Part shown: positions 14,871 through 17,733 of the stretch, one piece after another | How positions within the stretch are numbered: the first letter of the stretch is position 1 | Layout: every line of letters begins with the position of its first letter | Source of the DNA: Oscillospiraceae bacterium | Lineage (GTDB): Bacteria > Bacillota > Clostridia > Oscillospirales > Acutalibacteraceae | DNA length: 17,733 nucleotides | Direction of reading: 5' to 3' | Assembly: GCA_031267965.1 (NCBI GenBank) | Contig: JAIRYC010000116.1 | Coordinates: forward strand, 1 to 17,733 | Notes under the pieces: model-generated | What the model was told of the DNA's origin: nothing | What the model saw: the letters and a program-made list of their open reading frames with translations, nothing else | The model's database searches: none | Translations under genes and position numbers: made by a program

Positions 14871-15662
14871 GCCTTTTTGAATCCGCTCGCCTTAGCGAAT
14901 CCCGTCACAGTCGCCCCACGCCCGAAAGCCCATGGGTACGCCGTGCCCGGATAGTAGCGCAAAAGCGTGTACTTTCCGCCCTGCGCCACCGTGTGCGGAG
15001 TGGTCTTCGCCGTGCTGCTGCCCGCATACGCTCCGGTGATGATTACAGTATCGCCGATTTTTGGGCTGTAGATAGGCGGCGGTGCAGGGAGTTTTACCGG
15101 CGTGCTTGTCGCGGGCTTCGACGGTGTGCTCAACGCAGGTTTGATGGGGGTCGGCGCAGGAGCCGTGGCAGCAGGTGTACAATGTCCCTCCCGGCAAAGC
15201 CTTTGCACCAGTAAGATATGGCAGCGGATCTATCCACGTGCTTCCCTTGCGCAGACCGAGGTGTAAGTGTAGCCCAGTGCAGTATCCGGAGCGTCCCATA
15301 GTGCCAAGCACTTGCCCGGCTTTTACCTTGTCACCTTTTTTGACTGCCACGGTCTCGAGGTGACAGCACAGCACCGTATGTCCGCCGCCCACATCGAGTT
15401 CGGCCATATTCCCGTACTGCGCCGAGCCGACAAGATTCAAGTTTCCAACGTTTTTGTATCCCGTTTGCACAGCGGTCATCGTACCGGCCCATGGAGCAAG
15501 GATTGTATCCGATTTTGCTGGAGCGTCATCGCGCCAAAAATCGCAGCCATGATGGTTGTAGTCTTTGCCTTCGCCCCAAAAGTCTTTTTGCAAGCCGAAA
15601 GACAGGGAAAGACGTGCTTTCCCGCAGCCCAGTATAGGCACTTTTGCTTTAATTGCTGCCAT
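14867..15662 (-). pseudogene. Phage endolysin with an M23 peptidase domain, a Pro/Thr-rich linker and a C-terminal SH3-like cell-wall-binding domain. It is split by a frameshift at about 15150-15215 (M23 domain in one frame, linker and C-domain in another).
   Basis: M23 signature GYCTGLHLHLG..DPLPYL in frame A (ATG 15662, GGAGG RBS). Frame B (15208..14867) encodes TPAATAPAPTPIKP...GDTVIITGAYAGS.... The two ORFs overlap out of frame. Confidence 0.6.
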
Positions 15663-15663
15663 T

Positions 15664-15885
15664 TTATTTGCCTCCGCTTTCTTGTACTTCCGGCACACCA
15701 GCCACGCTCGTGAGTAGGCTGAGCAGCCCGGCCATACCGATGATCCCGGCTAGGGCCACCCAGTCCACACCCCAAAGCGTGCTTGCCGCCAGCGACGCGA
15801 TCGCCGTCTGCGCTACCGTTTTGACCGCGCGGGTGAGCGCAGCCACCCACCAATCTTTGCTTGTAAAGCATGTAAAACCTTTCAT
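15664..15885 (-). CDS. Phage holin (two TM segments; LL-H/phiLC3-like family pattern).
   Basis: ATG 15885 with AGGAGG RBS and a 7-nt spacer. The stop overlaps the endolysin start. The hydrophobic profile is DWWVAALTRAVKTVAQTAIASL...WVALAGIIGMAGLLSLL. Confidence 0.7.
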   Translation of the reverse strand: MKGFTCFTSKDWWVAALTRAVKTVAQTAIASLAASTLWGVDWVALAGIIGMAGLLSLLTSVAGVPEVQESGGK

Positions 15886-15899
15886 TTTTTGACCTCCTG

Positions 15900-16172
15900 T
15901 TATTTTGTCAGCGCGATTTCGCGGAGTTTGGCGTCAAGTTCTTTTTTTATGTCCTCTGCGCGACTAAGCACGCTCTCCGCGAAGCCATTTATCCCGTGAT
16001 TTTTGAGCGCTTTTGCGATTTCCAAAAGCATTTCCAGTGTGTCAGCGTCCACCTTTGTGCGCAGTATGTCCAGCTCTGCCGCTTGCTTTTTCCGGCCCAG
16101 ACGGTAGCCGCCAGCGGCCCCGATGAGCGCGACAATCACCGCCACAAGACCATTTATCAGTTCGATCCTCAT
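15900..16172 (-). CDS. Small phage membrane protein (N-terminal TM helix plus a charged coiled-coil tail). XhlA-like lysis accessory or holin-associated protein.
   Basis: ATG 16172 with GAGGGA RBS. Sits between the XkdX-like ORF and the holin, as in PBSX-type lysis modules. Confidence 0.5.
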   Translation of the reverse strand: MRIELINGLVAVIVALIGAAGGYRLGRKKQAAELDILRTKVDADTLEMLLEIAKALKNHGINGFAESVLSRAEDIKKELDAKLREIALTK

Positions 16173-16175
16173 TGT

Positions 16176-16300
16176 CTATCCCTCGCTTTCTTCTGTGCCA
16201 GAAGCTGTCACCCAGCCAAGCAGCTGCGCGACCTGTGCGCGCCAGCGTGGCGGCACATCGTCGAGCGTCTTTTCGCCGGCCCGTACGTATCGGGCGTAGA
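16176..16300 (-). pseudogene. XkdX-like small phage protein, 5'-truncated at the about-16300 junction (C-terminal ..YARYVRAGEKTLDDVPPRWRAQVAQLLGWVTASGTEESEG).
   Basis: Resembles the XkdX family (Y..G.YT.DDV..WV..G.IT.EEY..ITG) from memory. No plausible start codon. The upstream part of the ORF-track ORF (16300-16415) is antisense to the ParA fragment. Confidence 0.4.
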
Positions 16301-16698
16301 TCTCAGCCACCTTGGTGAAAAAGCAGCTTAATCCCGCCTTGAAGGTCGAGGGCGTGCTGATTACCCTCGCCAATATGCGGACGAATCTGGCGAAAAACAC
16401 GCTGGAAATCATCAAACAGGCGTATGGCAGCGGGGTGAAAATTTTCCCGCACCCGATACCCTACTCGACCAAAGTCAAAGAAGCCAGCGCGTCCGGCAAG
16501 AGTATTTTCGCCTATGACCCGCGCGGCGCGGCGGCGTACGCTTACGAGCAGCTTGTAAAGGAGGTGGAACGCGATGCTGTTTTTGAAATCAAGAACAGCA
16601 TCGGCACGGTCGTGGACACCATAACCACCGACAAAAACGGCAAGGCGCAGAGTAAGGACTTGAAGCTGGGCGATTATCCGCGCCCTATCTCTCTTTAG
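16300..16698 (+). pseudogene. ParA/Soj-family partition ATPase, C-terminal fragment only (roughly the last 90 aa of the ATPase plus a 40-aa tail). The N-terminal two thirds, including the Walker A motif, is absent.
   Basis: LVKKQLNPALKVEGVLITLANMRTNLAKNTLEIIKQAYG..VFPHPIPYSTKVKEASASGKSIFAYDPRGAAAYAYEQLVKEV matches the ParA C-terminus. An in-frame stop lies at 16297-16299, and the region upstream is phage DNA. Confidence 0.65.
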
Positions 16699-17425
16699 AT
16701 ATGTGCGATATTAAGCTATTTTTACGCCTGGCATCAGGTACGATCCAGACGACATAAGGGAATACACCTGACTGTTGCTGCTCTGCGCCGGTGCGCTGGT
16801 AGTGAATGTAGCGTTCACATTTTTCAAGGATTCGTGCGACGGTTTCGGTGTCTCTGTCTATTTCAATGAACCAGTGATCCTCATAGCCGTCAGACCGAAT
16901 TGCCGCATAGAGATCGGGCTTGAGAGTGTCAGTTTTTCCAAGCCTCGCAAAATAATATCTCCAGCTGTCAGGTTCAAATTGAACGCCGGCTATCACAAAG
17001 TCGTGCTTAGCGCAAATTTCAGTCAGCTGTACCCAGGCTTCAGAAATGAGCAAAGTGTGGCTAAGAAAAGTCAGCGAGGGTTCACGGTATGGCTTATGGA
17101 TTTGACGGTCGGCAGAGTACATGTGCAGCAGACGAAAGCCGGCTTGTGTCAGCCGCCAGACGTAAGAGCCGCTGCCGGCGCGCACGCCGCCGATGCGCCG
17201 CTGTAAGGACTTGATTAGTCCATAATCCCGCAAGCGATTCAGGCAGCGATATGCCGCCGAAAATTGTGCTGTCTGGCTTTCAGCATTGCCGCCGAAATAC
17301 AATCGTACAATCTGCTGACCTGTGAGATAACGGCAGTCCCGTAGCGCTTCAAGAATAGCGTTGTCCCTTTCGGTCAGCTCGTGCCGCAGCTCCTCCAAGC
17401 GGCGTTTAGTCACACGGCTCAACAC
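16685..17425 (-). CDS. Replication-relaxation (Replic_Relax, PF13814-like) family protein; a plasmid/ICE-associated wHTH protein.
   Basis: Start GTG 17425 or TTG 17422, 5-8 nt after AAGGAGG (17437..17431). The ORF-track start at 17458 is upstream of the RBS. Family assignment by pattern recall (LTERD..ILEAL...LTGQQI..LYF...). Confidence 0.6.
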   Translation of the reverse strand: MLSRVTKRRLEELRHELTERDNAILEALRDCRYLTGQQIVRLYFGGNAESQTAQFSAAYRCLNRLRDYGLIKSLQRRIGGVRAGSGSYVWRLTQAGFRLLHMYSADRQIHKPYREPSLTFLSHTLLISEAWVQLTEICAKHDFVIAGVQFEPDSWRYYFARLGKTDTLKPDLYAAIRSDGYEDHWFIEIDRDTETVARILEKCERYIHYQRTGAEQQQSGVFPYVVWIVPDARRKNSLISHISKER

Positions 17426-17466
17426 AAAGCCCTCCTTTCCAGACGTCGCCCGGCGCACCCTTTATG

Positions 17467-17495
17467 TTTTATGTGTACCGAGGGTACACATAAAA
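17467..17495. promoter_or_regulatory. Perfect inverted repeat TTTTATGTGTACC-GAG-GGTACACATAAAA (13-bp arms, 3-bp centre), 42 bp upstream of the Replic_Relax start. Candidate operator or oriT/nick-site hairpin.
   Basis: Read directly from the sequence. Confidence 0.5.
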
Positions 17496-17689
17496 TGTCA
17501 GATGGCTTGCTGGGATAAGATGGGGATGGTTTGGGAGTTTGAGAGGTATTGAGGTCAACGTGATTGTTCGGGCGGTTATTCATAAGAGCGTTGGGGTTTT
17601 GTGAGGGGATTCGGATTTTTTTCATGATAATCTCCATTCTGCCGCTACGCGTCAGCACAAATAGTAATGAAAGAGGACTGAGCAAGCGG

Positions 17690-17733
17690 CGTTTAATTGT
17701 GATATAATTTGTTTGAGGAGAAGGCACACTACA
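17690..17733 (+). promoter_or_regulatory. Likely promoter/RBS of a plus-strand gene that starts just beyond the window. It has an extended -10 TGTGATATAAT (17699-17709) and GAGGAGA (17716-17722) at the window edge.
   Basis: Read directly. No start codon is visible before the window ends. Confidence 0.35.

Larger units (their letters stand above)
14328..16300 (-). mobile_element. Prophage remnant. It holds only the 3'-terminal lysis module (XkdX-like fragment, XhlA-like membrane protein, holin, M23 endolysin) plus degenerate downstream DNA. It is bounded by abrupt junctions at about 14297-14327 and about 16300.
   Basis: The gene content and order are typical of Firmicutes siphovirus lysis cassettes. 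No structural, replication or integrase genes are present. Both boundary ORFs are truncated. Confidence 0.55.

Noticed and set aside
15150-15215. Programmed ribosomal frameshift in the endolysin
   Set aside because: There is no slippery heptamer or obvious stimulatory structure at the frame junction. A mutational or assembly frameshift is the simpler explanation.
16176-16415. Full 79-aa minus-strand ORF as an intact XkdX gene
   Set aside because: Its 5' third (16312-16415) is antisense to convincing ParA homology and begins with TTG. Only the 3' part (at or below 16300) is phage-like.
17419-17625. 68-codon minus-strand ORF (MKKIRIPSQNPNALMNNRPNN...) upstream of and overlapping the Replic_Relax start
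   Set aside because: It is low-complexity Pro/Ser/Asn-rich, overlaps the downstream gene's RBS out of frame, and contains the 29-bp inverted repeat. It is more likely a non-coding regulatory region, although it does have a GGAGA-ATG start context.
1-17733. tRNA, tmRNA and rRNA genes
   Set aside because: No GTTCGAATC-type T-loop/acceptor patterns or rRNA-like conserved blocks were found on either strand.

Overview
This window looks like a roughly 55% GC Clostridia-type (Firmicutes) chromosomal segment with three parts.

(1) Positions 1-9600 are a minus-strand housekeeping block. It carries a DUF5067-like membrane protein, ROK glucokinase, flavodiiron protein, a membrane protein, proA, an acidic zinc-ribbon protein, efp, glyQS, a low-GC island with a truncated TPR fragment, and pncB. 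Several of these genes have near-consensus sigma-70-type promoters.

(2) Positions 9611-14323 hold a divergently transcribed five-gene plus-strand operon. It encodes an SPFH/Band-7 protein with a C-terminal double zinc ribbon (YdjI-like), a tail-anchored protein I cannot classify, a double-zinc-ribbon membrane protein (YdjG-like), a TPM-domain membrane protein (YdjH-like) and a HAD phosphatase. This is a PspA-free version of the poorly characterised ydjGHI-type envelope module and is the best candidate 'system' here.

(3) Positions 14297-17733 are a mosaic of decayed mobile DNA. In order it contains:
- a solitary type I-E-like CRISPR repeat fused to the HAD stop codon;
- a truncated acidic ORF;
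- a duplicated consensus promoter flanking a UUCG-tetraloop terminator, which makes a candidate ~77-nt sRNA or leaderless micro-ORF;
- a phage lysis cassette (XkdX-like fragment, small membrane protein, holin, frameshifted M23 endolysin);
- a ParA C-terminal fragment;
- a Replic_Relax-family gene with a perfect 13-bp-arm inverted repeat upstream.

No tRNA or rRNA genes and no CRISPR array (only the single repeat) were found. All calls come from reading the sequence and from remembered family signatures; no database search was possible.
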